64,000 nt of DNA from Peribolospora baueri. Lineage: Eukaryota. Where the stretch lies: positions 1 to 64,000 of the forward strand of contig JAMDHS010000044.1 of the NCBI GenBank assembly GCA_029717555.1. The letters are read 5' to 3'. How positions within the stretch are numbered: the first letter of the stretch is position 1; every line of letters begins with the position of its first letter. This document shows positions 34,538 to 47,556 of this stretch, piece after piece. Below the pieces are notes generated by a model, which was given only the letters and a program-made list of their open reading frames with translations, had not been told where the DNA came from and did no database searches. The position numbers and the translations under genes were made by a program.

Positions 34538-34726
34538 GCCGATAAAGAGTCGGGCGGACGAGGGCGAGAGCGCCCTTGATGGACAGTAGTCAGGCACCGG
34601 AGGTTGAGGATGGAAGGAAGAACGTTGACGTCGACCCAATTCGTGCGCCAGTGATCGGCAGCCGCAGCAAGTCGCCGGTCCGTTGGCGGTCGCGGGCCGA
34701 CCAAGTCTCGTCTCCTCACCGCCAAC

Positions 34727-36035
34727 ATGGTCCTCCTCCAGCTCTCCTCCGGCACCATCGCCTCACTCGATCGTCTGGCGTCCAGGCTCTCAGCGGAACT
34801 GCCTTCCGATCTTTTGGCCAACATCTCGAGCGCCATTCAACCGCAAAAGCGGGACCACGGTGAGGCACCTGATGAGCCAGACCGACCTAGAGAAGCCAGT
34901 TACAAGGACGGCGGCGAGGAGAAGGAGCGTTCTTATAAGGACCAAACGAATGGTAGAGGCGGTTGCGTCGAGGGACAACCGCCTGCTGGAGTGGTCGGAG
35001 TCGCTCAACATGCCATCCTTGTGGAGGTGGCGCTCTTCGCGAGGGGCAAGGCAGGGCTCTTGAATGGCGCCGAGCTCGGTGAGTGGACGAGCGAGTACCT
35101 TGTCAATGTTGTTCACGCGCGTTGTCCTTGGCCTTGTCTCGCTTTCTGAACGGATTTTGCTGCCTCTTCCAATTTGCCATACATTTTAGATCCTTCAGCC
35201 TACACGTTGGCCGCCCTCCTGCGGGGCTGCAGCGTCTTCGTCGAACCGAAACCCGTGCGGCAAAGGGTGAGTGAGCGGCTTCGGGAACGCGGGACCCGTC
35301 CATGATCAGTTTTATCGTTCCCTCAATTCACTCTGTTGACCGTCATCTCTTCTCGCTCCCCACTCCATGCCAACAAAGTCCCCCGAACTTGAGCGCATCC
35401 TCGCCGACATCCGCGTCCAGCAAGAGCGGGCCGAGTACGGCCGGATGATCACGTCCTCGATCCCATCTTCGAACCTGCTCCGCTTCAACACCCTTTCCTC
35501 CTCCACTTCCTTGGCCACCATCCCCAGGTCTTCCGCCTCGCTCTCCCCCGCCCAGATGGACGCCGAGTGGAAGCAAGTCAAGCAAGAGCTCAGCGCTGTC
35601 GTCAATGTGTTGGCTAGCATGGCCGCCGTCGCTACGGCTACTTGGTGGGCTACTGGCGAGTACGCGAGGATCGAATATGTGAGTGAATCATATGCGGAAT
35701 GGAGACGTACTGCAGGCGCAGAGCAAGGTACCTGATTCTTCCAGGATTGCATCTCCTTTTCCCCTTATCACAACATCTCACCGCAACCAACCGCAACTCC
35801 ACCGTCACCCAACTGCGTCTTATAGAAAGTCTTTCTCTGTCTCTTTACCACCGTCCTGATTGCAGTTGCTGAAACGGCGCTATACGCGCGCTACTGGGTC
35901 AACATGGAGAAGGAGAAGACGACGATGGCGAAAGAGTTGCGAGCGCCGTCGGGCGCCACTCAAATTCTGTCAGATCGCTCCTTCGCACTCGCTACCGAAG
36001 CAGCGCAAGAGCGAGAAAGGGGTTCGACGGGATAA
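34727..36035 (+). CDS. VMA12: ER V-ATPase assembly factor Vma12/TMEM199-like, multi-exon
   Basis: KSPELERILADIRVQQERAEYGRM, EWKQVKQELSAVVNVLASM, two C-terminal hydrophobic segments and IAVAETALY. Confidence 0.8.
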
Positions 36036-36574
36036 TGGGGCACCGAGAAGGGACGAGCGTGGCTTGAAGGCTCTGATTAGGCTGTCTTTTGCCCAGAACT
36101 ACGCATCGGAGGTGAAGGTGAGTGGGTCTTAGACAGCTTCCTTCTGTCTTCAAAGTCCAACTGTCAGACGTCCTTACTTGTTTCTGTCCCGGACCTGTCA
36201 GGCGATGCGTTCTCGCACAGAGAGTGCTCGCCGAGCTTGTCTCCGACATCCAAGGCATCAACGCATCAAGCGAGGCGGGAGCTCGCTGCCAAGAGTGAGC
36301 GCCGAAACAGCATCCCATCCGAACGGTGCAAGGGAGTCCAAACATCCTTAGAGTACAAGTACAAGCGAAAGCAATCCGTACAGGGTTCAAAGACGACCAA
36401 AACGAACCGGCAAGGCAGGCGGGAGGGATAAGCATTCGGACCAGCGCCGGTAACGATCAAACAACCCCTGTTGCGCTCCTCGAGGCCTTCCTCTTCTTGT
36501 GTCATTCACACGGTCCCAACTCCCTAATCAGCCGTGTCGGTCTTCAGGGAATAAGTGGATCGAAAGTCGGGGCC

Positions 36575-38266
36575 TAGCAAGAGCAACTGTCTATGGCCTT
36601 GGCCTCGTCCGAACCGAACGCATTGCTCGACCAGCTGTCGGTCTCGCGACTGCAACCGCCACGTGAGAGTGGCCATTTGGTCCGTGTGACGCAAGTCCTT
36701 CTCGTCCACTTCCGCCACCAGCCTGCTATCGTACCACAGTCTCCTCTGCCTTGGGAGGAGCCTCCTCGCCGACCATCTCAGCGTCCTTGCCTATTTCCTT
36801 GCCCATAGCCGCGTCATTAAAGGTCCGCTTTGTCTCGGCCAGCTTGCCAGCATGCGACTTCTGTAGTTCCTCTAGTTCGCTTAGATGAGAGGACTGTCGA
36901 GCGAGTGGAAATGAATCGATGTACGGATGGTTGGATCCATCATTAAGATGGCGGGCATTAGTAAGAATAAGACGGGAAGTAGGACGATATACGAATGAGA
37001 AGGAAGTGTCACTCACAAGCTGCTTCCTGAGGTCTTCAACGGTCTTGGACGCGTACGGGAATTTTGGAGATGGGATGTCATCTGCCATATCACGCAAGAA
37101 CAACAACGATGGGTTTAGTCGATCGATCACTCGGTCCCAGCCACATTTCTAAAGACCGACAGAAGCATGCTTGCGAACACGCGACGAGTAAAATCGTGGA
37201 GACATGGACCAGAACTTGCCAACTCACGAGTTGGCAATGGGGAAAAGATTTCGCTAAGCATTTCGTGGTTGCGCCGATATCGAACCAGCGCTACATCGCG
37301 TGCCGTCCTTCGGTCGAACTCGTCTGAAAAGAAAAAAAAAGTGCGAACAATTCGAATGGGAGAAGAAACGTGAATCCGTGCGCGCTCCGCCTCTTCAACG
37401 CCAGCGGGACGATGAACGAACGGATAGACGTACCGCCCCAAACTTCCACGTCCTCGTCCGCAACCGGGGGAGGCTGAACCCTCGCTGGTTGTGCCTGCGC
37501 AGATATGGTGACAATGGCGGACCCACCGTAGTGAGTATGTCAGTAAACGTATCGTTGTCAACACCTTGACCGAGCGACTCACTGCACCACCGCCAACGTG
37601 TTTCCGCTTGCGCTTGGCAGCCGTGGGCGTCACAGAATGCTGTTGCTGCAAGTGCTGTCGTGCCATTGCTTGCTGCTGTGCTTGTTGTTGTTGCTGTAGG
37701 TGCTGTTCTTGTTGTTGCTGCAAGTGCTGTGGTTGTTGTTGCAGCTGTTGTTGCTGCTGTTGTACCGCTTGAACTTGGGCCTGAGCCTGGGCCTGAGCCG
37801 CGACGGCTGCTTGCCGCTGTTGCATGGCGGCGAGAGCCTGAGCTTGAGCCTGTGCCTGTGCTTGGAGCTGGGCGGACTGCACCTGAGGATCCATAATCTG
37901 CTGCATCGCCTGCATCGGCATCCCCGGTCGCGCTTGAAGGCCCATCCCCATCCCCATGCCAATGCCGCCTCCCATCGCCATGCCGCCTCCCATGCCCATT
38001 CCGCCTCCCATTCCTCCTCCCATACCCATGCCCATCTGCTGCTGAAACTGAAGCTGCTGTGGGGACAGGCCTTGCGGAGGGAAAGAGCCCTGCGCGGGAG
38101 ACTGGAGTCCGCCTGCGATGCCTATATTACCTCCCATGCCGGCCGCTGCCATCTGTTGTTGGAACTGGAGCTGTTGCGGGGTGAGGCCTTGTTGGGGGAA
38201 CGAGTTCTGCACCGGGGACTGGGGGAACATGCCCGCGGGGGACATGCCCGCCCCAGAGTTGAACAT
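36575..38266 (-). CDS. Gln/Gly/Met-rich protein with an Ssr4 (SWI/SNF-RSC subunit) C-terminal-like motif
   Basis: PolyQ N-terminus, KRKRK NLS, then DEDVE...DEFDRRTARDVALVRYRRNHEMLSEIFSP, resembling the Ssr4 C-terminal motif. 3' end uncertain (36726 or a later exon). Confidence 0.55.
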
Positions 38267-38433
38267 GATGGAGAAGAGACTGGGGAAGAGTAAGAAAGAC
38301 GATGGAGGGAGGTCGGGAGGCTTGCTGATGGAGGTGGTGCGCGAGGACCGAAGGCGCGGACATACGCGGACATGACGACCACCATGGGCCCGATCGGTTC
38401 CAACTCGTCCTTTCTTTTCCCTTCATCCATACC

Positions 38434-41326
38434 ATGGCGAGCCCAGCACCGACATTGACGGCCTTTCGGGAGCGCCTGACGTCCCATATATCCCGTCTCG
38501 TTGATATCCTTGGAACCCGTCATGCAGCCCTTGGGCCTGAGTTGGCGGGGGCGCGCAGCGAGCTCGAGCCAAATTTGCCTTTCGCGCAGCTAGTGGAGCT
38601 CGTTGGCGAGCTGAAGCGGGATTTCTACGTTGAGGAGGACGAGACGGAGCTGGATGAGGCGAGGCGCGAGAGGTTGAAGAAGAAGCGGGAAATTAGAAGG
38701 CATATGGCTGAGTTTGAGCTCAAGGCTCTTGTTCTGCGCGTAGGGCAGGTGAGGGACTCTCGTCACGGTTCACCAGTTGATATGACCATAGCTGAAGCTC
38801 TTTCCATGCTCGTTGTTCAAGTCCGTACGAGACGACACATCCTATCTCCCGGTCTACGACGCCTTGGACGTGATGCTTGCTTTCGAAGCCAACAGTGCGT
38901 ATGACCCGTTCCTCGCCGCTTACTCGAGGCTTACAGTTTCATTCCTGACATGTCCCGGTGGTGTCGTTCTGCTCATTCTGTCCAGAGCTCTGTGACTCCA
39001 ACCTCCCTTTATCGAGCATTGAAGAGCTCTTGGACATACAGACCATTGAGGGAACCGAACGAATATGGGAATATATCGAATCACGCCGAGAAAGGCTCAC
39101 AGCGGTAGGTGTTTGCAACCTCCACCCATTCCTTGTGCCTCGTTCTCATCCCCCGCTGGTCTTCCTTGCGTCATCCTCAGAACATGATCCCTCAACAGGG
39201 AAAGGGTCTTCTTCTTTTGCGACTATCGAATGAGCTGCTTCGTCGCTTGTCCAAAGCCAGCCACACCGCCGTCTGCGGTCGCATCCTCATGTTCCTCTCC
39301 TCCGTCTTCCCTCTCGGAGAGCGCTCAGGCGTCAACCTTCGCGGAAACTTTAATGTCGAGAATGCAACCGAGTGGGAACCTGCAGATGCGGAGCAGAAGA
39401 CCAGTTCAGAGCAAGGGATAGAAGGGGCTAAAGGGGAAGCGGACGGGGAGCAGCAGGCGAACGACACAAGTGATCAGGAGGCGAAGGCCGTTGACGCCCA
39501 GGCCAAGTCGGGCGACAAGGGAGATATTTCAGCAGAAGGGCCGAATGCGGACGTCGAAGAAGCGATCGACGGAGAGTTCTATGACCTCTTCTGGTCCCTT
39601 CAACAAGTTTTCTCCAACCCGCCCATCCTCTTTACTGGCCCGTCGTCCACATCTGCTTCTGGGTCAAGACCTGCTTCCCTGGCAGGGACGCCGACACCGC
39701 AGGCGACGGGCGGTGGTGAGGAGGAGGGGAAGCATAAAACTGCGCCGCAGACGCCTTTCGAAGAGTTCCAGACCAAGGTCATCAAGACTCTGCAAGTATT
39801 CAAGCGCATTGGCAAGAAGGAGAACGAACTCGCCAGAGGTCAAAAGGCTGACAGAAAGGAAGCCATCGCAGGCGACAAGCGAAAGCGGGATGACGTTGGG
39901 GAGATGGAGGTGGATGAAAGGTCGGCGGAGGATGTCAAAAAGAACTATTTTTATCCCAAGTTCCTGACGAGTCGCAAGTTGCTCCGATACGAGGTATGTT
40001 CCTCGCTGTCCCCTCAAGTCCTGATCTCTGGCGCGCGCTGATATGCTCTACTTGAAAACGCGATTTCACGCCAGCTCAAATCCGCCTACTTCAGACGCCA
40101 TATCCTCGTTCAGCTCCTGATCGTCTTTCAGTACCTGCTGAGCTTCACCGCTGCAGACAAAGCAAAAGCGAAAGATCAGAAGAACAAGTTGCTCTTCCGG
40201 GACTGGCTCATGGAGGACACTTCTGTGAGTTTTCAGCGCTCATCTTCTCGTCCTTTCCTGCGTCAGTTTATCTTGAATTTTGACTGTTCTACAGGCTCGG
40301 TGGACACGAGAATGCTGGAAGGAGGTTCTCGGCCTTTTGAGGGAGATCCCGCCGAACGGCCCGACTTTCTATATGACGGTATTGCAAATTCTCCGGCGAG
40401 AGCGAAATTGGGTGAGCGGCCGCGTTTGCAAACGTGCTCAACTCATACTGACGTCCACGTTGCTGCGGGCTGTTCTGACCTCTTCATGGTCCGTATTTGC
40501 CGATCTTTTTGGTATTCTTTAAGCTGATGTGGAAAGCGGACGCCTGCCCATCTTACGAGCGCGCGTCTCTCACGACCGATCGTCTTACCTCAGTGCGCGA
40601 AGCGCAAGACGAGCTCTTTGCCCCTGTGGCACCCTACCCACATTCTGTCGGCACCGCGGCTCTGAGTGAGCTGTGGGAAGAGGGTTGGAAGGGGCTGGAG
40701 GAGCTCGAGGAGCCGCCTAGGGTGCCTGAAGTGGCTTGGTATGCTAAGCGCATACGGGCGGAGGACATCAGGGGCAAGTCGAGGTTGAAGCGAGCGAGAG
40801 AAGAGGGCGCAGAAGCGGACAGGGTCGAAGAGGAGACCGAGGAGGTGAGTGGAGAGTGGGGGCTACGCCCGGGTGTGACGACAGCAAATCGCCCTTCCGC
40901 GTAGAAGGCCGCTTGAAACTGACAGACGATCTTCTCGTGCCTCATTTTTGGTCACCTCAGACAAAGCAATCTCTCTCCTGGCGTGCCCTTCGCATAGCTT
41001 CGCGCACGCACGTTCATCTCTTCTCCAAGATTGGCACTGGTGACGTGGACCTGCTGGTCAAGGAGATCGAGGAAGAGAAGAAGCCAAAGCCGCCGAAAAC
41101 ATCTCCAGCCACGGTCACGGTGGTGTCGCAAGAGGTGAATGCCACCACCGTATCGCCCGAGGTGGATGCCACGACTGTATCACCTTCTGCGCCTGCTGCA
41201 AACACAAACGCGTCGGACAGCCAAACACCGGTGCCTTCGTCGACCGAAGAGGGAACGAGCGAGGCGCTGCCGAAGGACGTCGAGATGACACAGGCAGAAG
41301 GAGCTCAAGTCGAAGGGTCTGTATAA
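38434..41326 (+). CDS. THOC1: THO complex subunit 1 (Hpr1/THOC1), multi-exon
   Basis: IEELLDIQTI...WEYIESR, LLRLSNELLRRLSK...CGRILMFLSSVFPLGERSGVNLRGNFN, FYDLFWSLQ, PKFLTSRKL and RERNW..WK motifs. Confidence 0.93.
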
Positions 41327-41907
41327 TAGTAGTGTACCTAGCGTTTTGCGCCCGTCTTGGCGCACCCTTGGGCGGTGCTGTTGCTCTTCAAAATCGCCCA
41401 ACAGCTGGGCGCTCGAGTCAGTCCGGCGTCCCAATTTTGAAGGATAGCACCGGTTCGGGACTTCTACGAGTGCTCGAAGGCTTCCACTGCTCACAAACTG
41501 CCGTCTCTATTCCCATTGACGTCTGCAATTCTTCCTCCGTCGCAGACGCGACAGTGGCCACGACTCCTACTCATTTCCACATAGCACGGCAGCAGCTCCG
41601 CCCCAACCCTACGCTCTACACACCCCAGCACCAACCACGCTGCCGCCAATCCCGTTGGCTCACTATCGACGTGATAAACGTTTCGAACCACCTGTTATAC
41701 ACTGAGACAGTGAGGACAGAGCCGCTTGCCGGGCATCTTCGTAATACACTTCACCACGGCGACGTCTACGATGCGCCTCATTTCCCATTTCCAAACGTCA
41801 CCAGAGGCTTCTAGATCGAGATTGCCTCCACGGAATCGAAGGAGGGAGGTATAGAACGGTCATAAAATAGCGTCCAATATTCTCAGTTCAGTGACTGCCT
41901 AATTATC

Positions 41908-44733
41908 CTACCCGAACACCTTCAACCCAGCCAATGCAACCTCCTCGTCCGCCCTCCTTGCCCACCCGTCATCCACCCCTCCCTCCTCGCCACCTCCATC
42001 TACACCGAACCTCGTCGCTACGTCCTCGGGGCCCTTTCCGTACACATTTCCGTCCCTACGACCTCGTGGCCCACCATCCCCAGCACGCCCTCCAAGTTCG
42101 GAGAAGAGCTGATCAATCTGATCCTCGTGCCACGTCGCTACTGGCACAGGCACCATAAAGTTCTGCAGTTTGTCGTGCACTTCGTAGCTGTTGAATGGAT
42201 GTGACGAGGGGCCAATAGCAGAGAAAGGACGCAAGGGATGGTCAGAACACTGGCACGGGACGTAACACTGCCCCAAAACGTGCGAGGGAGCCCAACAGAC
42301 GAAGTAATATAGGTTGCCCTGTCCACGCAGACGTGACTTACCGCAACCGTCTCCCCTTGCTCGCCTTGGTGTCCACTTGCTTCTTACTCCTCTTGCTCTG
42401 TTTCAACGCTGTCGCCCATGCCAGCGATGGATGGCCTAAATAAAGATAGTGGGTGTCAATGAGATAGCGCCCAGGTGGCACACTGAAACCATTTAAGCAC
42501 CGTGAAACAAAATAATACTCACCAGCGTCGACAGACCTCGTCTCAATGACCTCTCTCAACAACTGCTGATAGAAATCCGTGTCGTCGAATACGTCCGGGT
42601 CCTGCTCTTTCGCCGTTGTCGTTCCTGTCGTCTCTCCGTTCGCATGTTGGGCGGCTGACTCTTCGACTAAGGTGAACTGCCGCTATGGAAGAAGAGGTTG
42701 GTCATAATTTAAGTCGTGCCGCCCAGCCTTCACCTCTTTCCGCTTTCTACGCCACAGCGAGAACTCACCCTCCCCAGCCCCTTCCCCTCAGTCCTCCTCA
42801 CCCTCGTCCTTCCGACCAACCTCTCCATACCATCCCCCCTCAATGCCATCTCCACCTGCGCCACCGCGCTCTGGTTCACCGCTTTGAACTTGCGCGCGTT
42901 CGCGTCCAAAGAGCCGACTGCTCCTGAGGCGGCTTTCACCTTGTCGGACCACTTTTGGAGGGTTGATATGTTATGCGGCGCCATGCTGATCCAAAGCGAG
43001 GAAAAAGAATCAGCACGTCCGAGTGCAAATATGAAAGGCAAACGCACGCAGAAAGCACAAGCCTCACATGGCCTCCAATCGCTGACTATCCCCGAGGAAT
43101 GCCTCGAAGTAGTGATGTACGCCCTCTTCGTCCCGTTTCCGCTTCCGGCTGGACACTTCACTCAGGCGGATATCGACCTTTTCGTTCGTTTGGGCGAGTT
43201 CCTGGTGTCCGGGAGCGGAGATGGACATGTTATCTCAACCAGAGGACACGACGTCGGCCTCGCCGAAAGGAGCTGCCTCGCTGCACTCACCCGCCTCAGC
43301 TCGAAAATCATTTCCGTCGCGGCATCGCATTCCTTTATTGCCTCGTGCAAGAGCTCCTCCGGCGTGCTGCCAGCGGCACCGGCAGTAGAAACTACGTCGG
43401 AGGTGAAGGATGGGAAAGTGGATGGAGGAGGGAGGTCATTGGAAGACACTGCGGCCTTCTGTAGTCGGATGCGTAGGTCGAGGAGGGTGTCCCAGACGGC
43501 CTGAGGGTATGGGCGCCCGAAAGAACAACAAGGGTGATGTGGGTCAAAGTCAAGGGTGTAGAAAGCAGGAGAGAGTAACCTCGCGCTGGCTCGGGGAAGA
43601 GAAATAAACAATAAAAAAACTCACCAATTGCTTCTTCACCGCCTTGCCCTTCTCAGCCTCCTCGCTCGCCAATCGCCTGATGCGCTCCATCATCTCCTTT
43701 TCCTCCGCCTCTTCATCCTGCGGTTCTCGACCTGCCTTCCCCTTCGGCTTGCCCTTAGCGGACGCTGTTGTGGGCGGTCGAGCCGATGCTCCACTCTGTT
43801 CTTCGTCCTCTTCATCCGACTCTGAAGTGATCTCCTCATCACCATCTCGGTCCTCCTCGTCACCGACATCTCGGTCCTCCTCGTCCTCATCCACCTCGCC
43901 GTAACCTTCGCCATCGCCCCCCGAGGCGATGCCATCGACCTCTTCCGATGCGATAGACCCGTCCTCGTCCACGATGTCATCATCCGAGCCGTCAAGCATC
44001 TGGTCAAGCGGTATCCCCTCTTCGTCGTTGTCGTCGTCGTCATCCTCTCCCTCGCGCCCTCGGCCAGAGCCTTCGTTGGAATCCTCGTCATCCAGCTCAT
44101 CGACTTCCTCTTCGCTTTCCTCTCCGTCGTCGTCAAAGATAGCTCGCCTACTGCTGGTCGTTCCTCTATATTTGGGATCCGACACTACCGCGTTCTTTCC
44201 TCGAAGAGCAGATCGACTGTGAGGGAGACAGGAGAGGCAAGGAGACAAGAACCGTAAGAGATGAGTGCCATCTATTGGTTCAAGCTCGCGAGCACAAAGT
44301 GCGGTGACGGACAAGAATAATTTGCTGTGCTGACTCACCCGACGGCAACGTAGTGTTCCCTCCCCTGCATACCATCTCGTGCCTCCTCGTCGCTCGCATC
44401 GCTCGCCTCATCATGTCTGGCGTCCTCGGTGTCTTTGTAGGCGTCCTCCGGATCGAAGTCTGTCATATAAAAAGGTCGATGAAGCTCAGAACAACGAGAG
44501 AAGCTGAAGGCACAACTAAAGAGATCGTTTCCCATCCAGCCACGCAGTTAGATAGCTCACTGACCGATGGGTACGGGATTTTCGAGTTCGGCGAGTTGAG
44601 CAGCCAAAGTTCGGGCTGCGACGAAGCAAACGAGGCGCCGGATCGACACAATCGATCAGTCTGGTATATCCCTACATCGTACGTCTGTACGCCTGAGGTC
44701 TCGTTCCTCCTGCAAAGACTCACCTGGCGCCAT
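41908..44733 (-). CDS. BFR2: Bfr2/AATF (Traube) ribosome biogenesis factor, multi-exon
   Basis: MAP|ARTLAAQLAEL..P|DFDPED, an acidic region, KGKAVKKQ, LRIRLQKA, FDDTDFYQQLLRE, VDTKASKGRRLR and HDKLQNFM. Confidence 0.92.
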
Positions 44734-45552
44734 GGCTCGTATGGTATACGCGGACGACGCAAAGCTCACGTCAAGGATCAAAATACGGACGACGGTCCGA
44801 GCGACGCTGTGAGTCCTTGCCGCAGCACCAAAATTTCGAGGAAGCTTCTTATCGCCGTCTAAGCCCGCTTCCTCTGTTTAATTGTCTCTCGTACTGCTAT
44901 AGAGTTTAATACTTTATTAAGAATTTATTGTTTTTTTCTTTTTTTTTCTTTGAAAAAACAGTTATTTGACACGCAGAGCATTCCAAAAGACGTGGGCTGG
45001 GCGGGGCCAGAAAAGAAGGAAGCAGGTTGAAAGCGGTGAGAGGAGTGGAAGAGCGGTCGTGAATCGGGCTGGTTGCGCTACTGCTAACTGCGGATTCGAT
45101 TATGGATAGGAGGTGATGGGGTGGTCGTTCATGGTTGTCCAGATCAAGGCGGGAGTGGAGCGCACTACGAGTCTAGGACCCACGCGATGGCATGCGCCTC
45201 ATCCGTCGGCCGGCGGCCCGAACTATCGGGGGGGAATACTTGAAGACGTCTTCGGCCTCCTCCGTCACGACCACCCGAATTAGGGCAGCGCGTCAGGGCG
45301 GAGCGAGGACGGGATCACGATGATGGGCGTCGTTGGACTCGCGTTCGGCGGGTCTAAGTAGGCCCGGTGTGCGCCCAGACGCCCAGCGTGGCGATGCCGG
45401 CGGACGTAAATCTTTGGAACGACGGGAAGGCGGCGTCGAAATACACCACCACACGCTTTACACTGCTCTTGTCAGGATGCGGTCAAGGTGTATATAAAAC
45501 AGCCAGAGACGGCGGCCGGATCGCACTCATCCTCCCCAGTAAATTTCCAGCC

Positions 45553-47118
45553 ATGAGGCGCTCTCTCCTCTCTTTGCTCCTTGCGCTTCTCAGCGTCCTT
45601 GTCGTGACATGGTCTCCTTTGGCCGCCACCGCACAGCTGGTCGTCCCCAAAGTGGGCGCCTCTGTTCCCATCGCAGGTGGGGGTTATCCTCGTACGACCC
45701 TCCTCAAGGACGGTAGCATCATAGTCGCCTCGGCGACCAAACAAGGTTCCAATACTGTCATTTCCATCTCTCGTTCCACGGACGGTGGACACAGCTTCAC
45801 GCCTTGGGGGAGCGTCGCCTCGGCTCCCTCGGCATCGACCGACCTCGGTAACGGCGAACTTATCCAGCTTGCCGACGGTTCCGTCCTCTGCGCTTTTAGG
45901 AACCACGATAGAGACCCGTCGAAGGCGAACAATGGGTACAAGTACTATAGGCTCACCGTTTCCAAGTCGACTGATGGAGGGAAGACTTGGAGCTACCTCA
46001 GCCAGATCAACGAGAGGCCCTCCACAGCTGTCAAGAATGGACTTTGGGTGAGTGCAAAAAAAAAAGCTTGCGCGGGCTTGTTCTCGTCCGTTTGCCTCCC
46101 CTGTGTCCGTCTCCTATATTCCGTCTTGCTCAACACCTTCTTTGCTTCTCCCGACAATCTCCTACTTCCCTCCCCTCTCCTTCCCCGCCTTACCCTCCCT
46201 CCAGGAACCCTTCTTTCGCATCGCCAAATCCGGCCAGCTCCAAGCCTACTATGCCTCCGAAAACTCTGCCATGGATCAAGACATCGAGATGCAAACTTCC
46301 ACCGACGGTGGCCATAGGTGGGGCAAGGTCGTCACTGTAGCTGGGGCGGGGATTTTGGGTAGGGATGGAATGCCGGGCTGCACGGATTATAACGATGGGA
46401 GGGACATGGTCATGTGCATCTTTGAGTGAGTTGGCGGCTCGGTATGCGAAGGCGACTTCGCTCTTTGCACCATTCCCTGCGTGTCCTTTGGCACTCATCG
46501 CTCGTCTCACTCGGCCTTTTTCGTCACGCTCACCCGCTTCTTTCCATTTATGTCCTCTTTCGCTATTCCCCTTTGTCCATCAGAACCCGAATTCCCGGTG
46601 GTGCTAAGACCTTTTCCGTCAACTCGGTCACTTCTTCCGACGATGGTGCCTCGTTCAGCAACCGCCTCCCGGTCTACAAGCCCCTGGGAACTAACAACAA
46701 TGGTGAATGTTAGACCTCGCTTGTCCGTTTTTGCGCCGAACCGAACCGCGTCGCACCTCAGCTGCTCTGAAGCATTGCTCCGATTCACTTCCGCTCAACC
46801 TCTCTTCTCCCACTCCCTTTTTGCCCAGCTGGCTCTCCCCAAATCGCCACCACCGCCTCCAACGTCCTTGTCGCCGTCTTCATGACGGACGAAGACACCT
46901 CACTTCACAGTTGGCCTAAAGACGCGGCCGTCAAGCTCCTCACGTCCGCCCCGGGTCAGCCTTGGGGCAACAAGATCGAGGTTAGCAGCCCTTCGGCGTA
47001 TTGGCCTGGGATCATGTCCATGCCGGACGGGACGGTACTCGTGTGCGACGATGGGCAGTGCAAGAGTGTGAGCTTCTCGTCGGCGAAAGGGAGAAGACAT
47101 GGAGCTCGTCTACACTAG
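45553..47118 (+). CDS. Secreted BNR/Asp-box repeat glycosidase, GH93 exo-arabinanase-like, multi-exon
   Basis: Signal peptide MRRSLLSLLLALL, Asp-boxes SRSTDGGHSF, SKSTDGGKTW, TSTDGGHRW and TSSDDGASF, plus GLW|EPF, YYASEN and RDGMP. Confidence 0.82.
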
Positions 47119-47556
47119 ACGCGACGACGCCGCTCTTGATGACCTCGCTCGACTGCGAGCTCGAAGGTCCCTTCCACTTTGCACCAACAGCCATGTGAGC
47201 GGGTCGACCATCGTCAGATTTTTCCGGACCATTGAGCGACCGCGTACTGGTGAAGACCAGGAAGCCCCTTGGAAGGAACTAACTCTCCCGAATTGCTCCC
47301 ACTCTTTCCTCTACGCGACCTCCACTCCCGGATAACTTAATCAATCAATGACGTTTTATTATAGGCCTCGCCGAACCTTCTGCGGTCGGCTCTGCGGTGC
47401 ACAGGTTGTACAACTCTAGCGTAATGATCCGGTATGCCTAAGACCCGTGCAAAAGCTCCTCTTTGTGGCCGCCAAACCGTGCAGAGTTTAAATCCAATGA
47501 ACAAACCCCGGCGCATTAAAATAGTTATGAGACAGATTTGCAACCTTCACGCCATC

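Noticed and set aside
41118..41185. In-frame 27-bp repeats (VS.EV.ATT) in the THOC1 tail
   Set aside because: Ordinary expansion in a disordered C-terminus.
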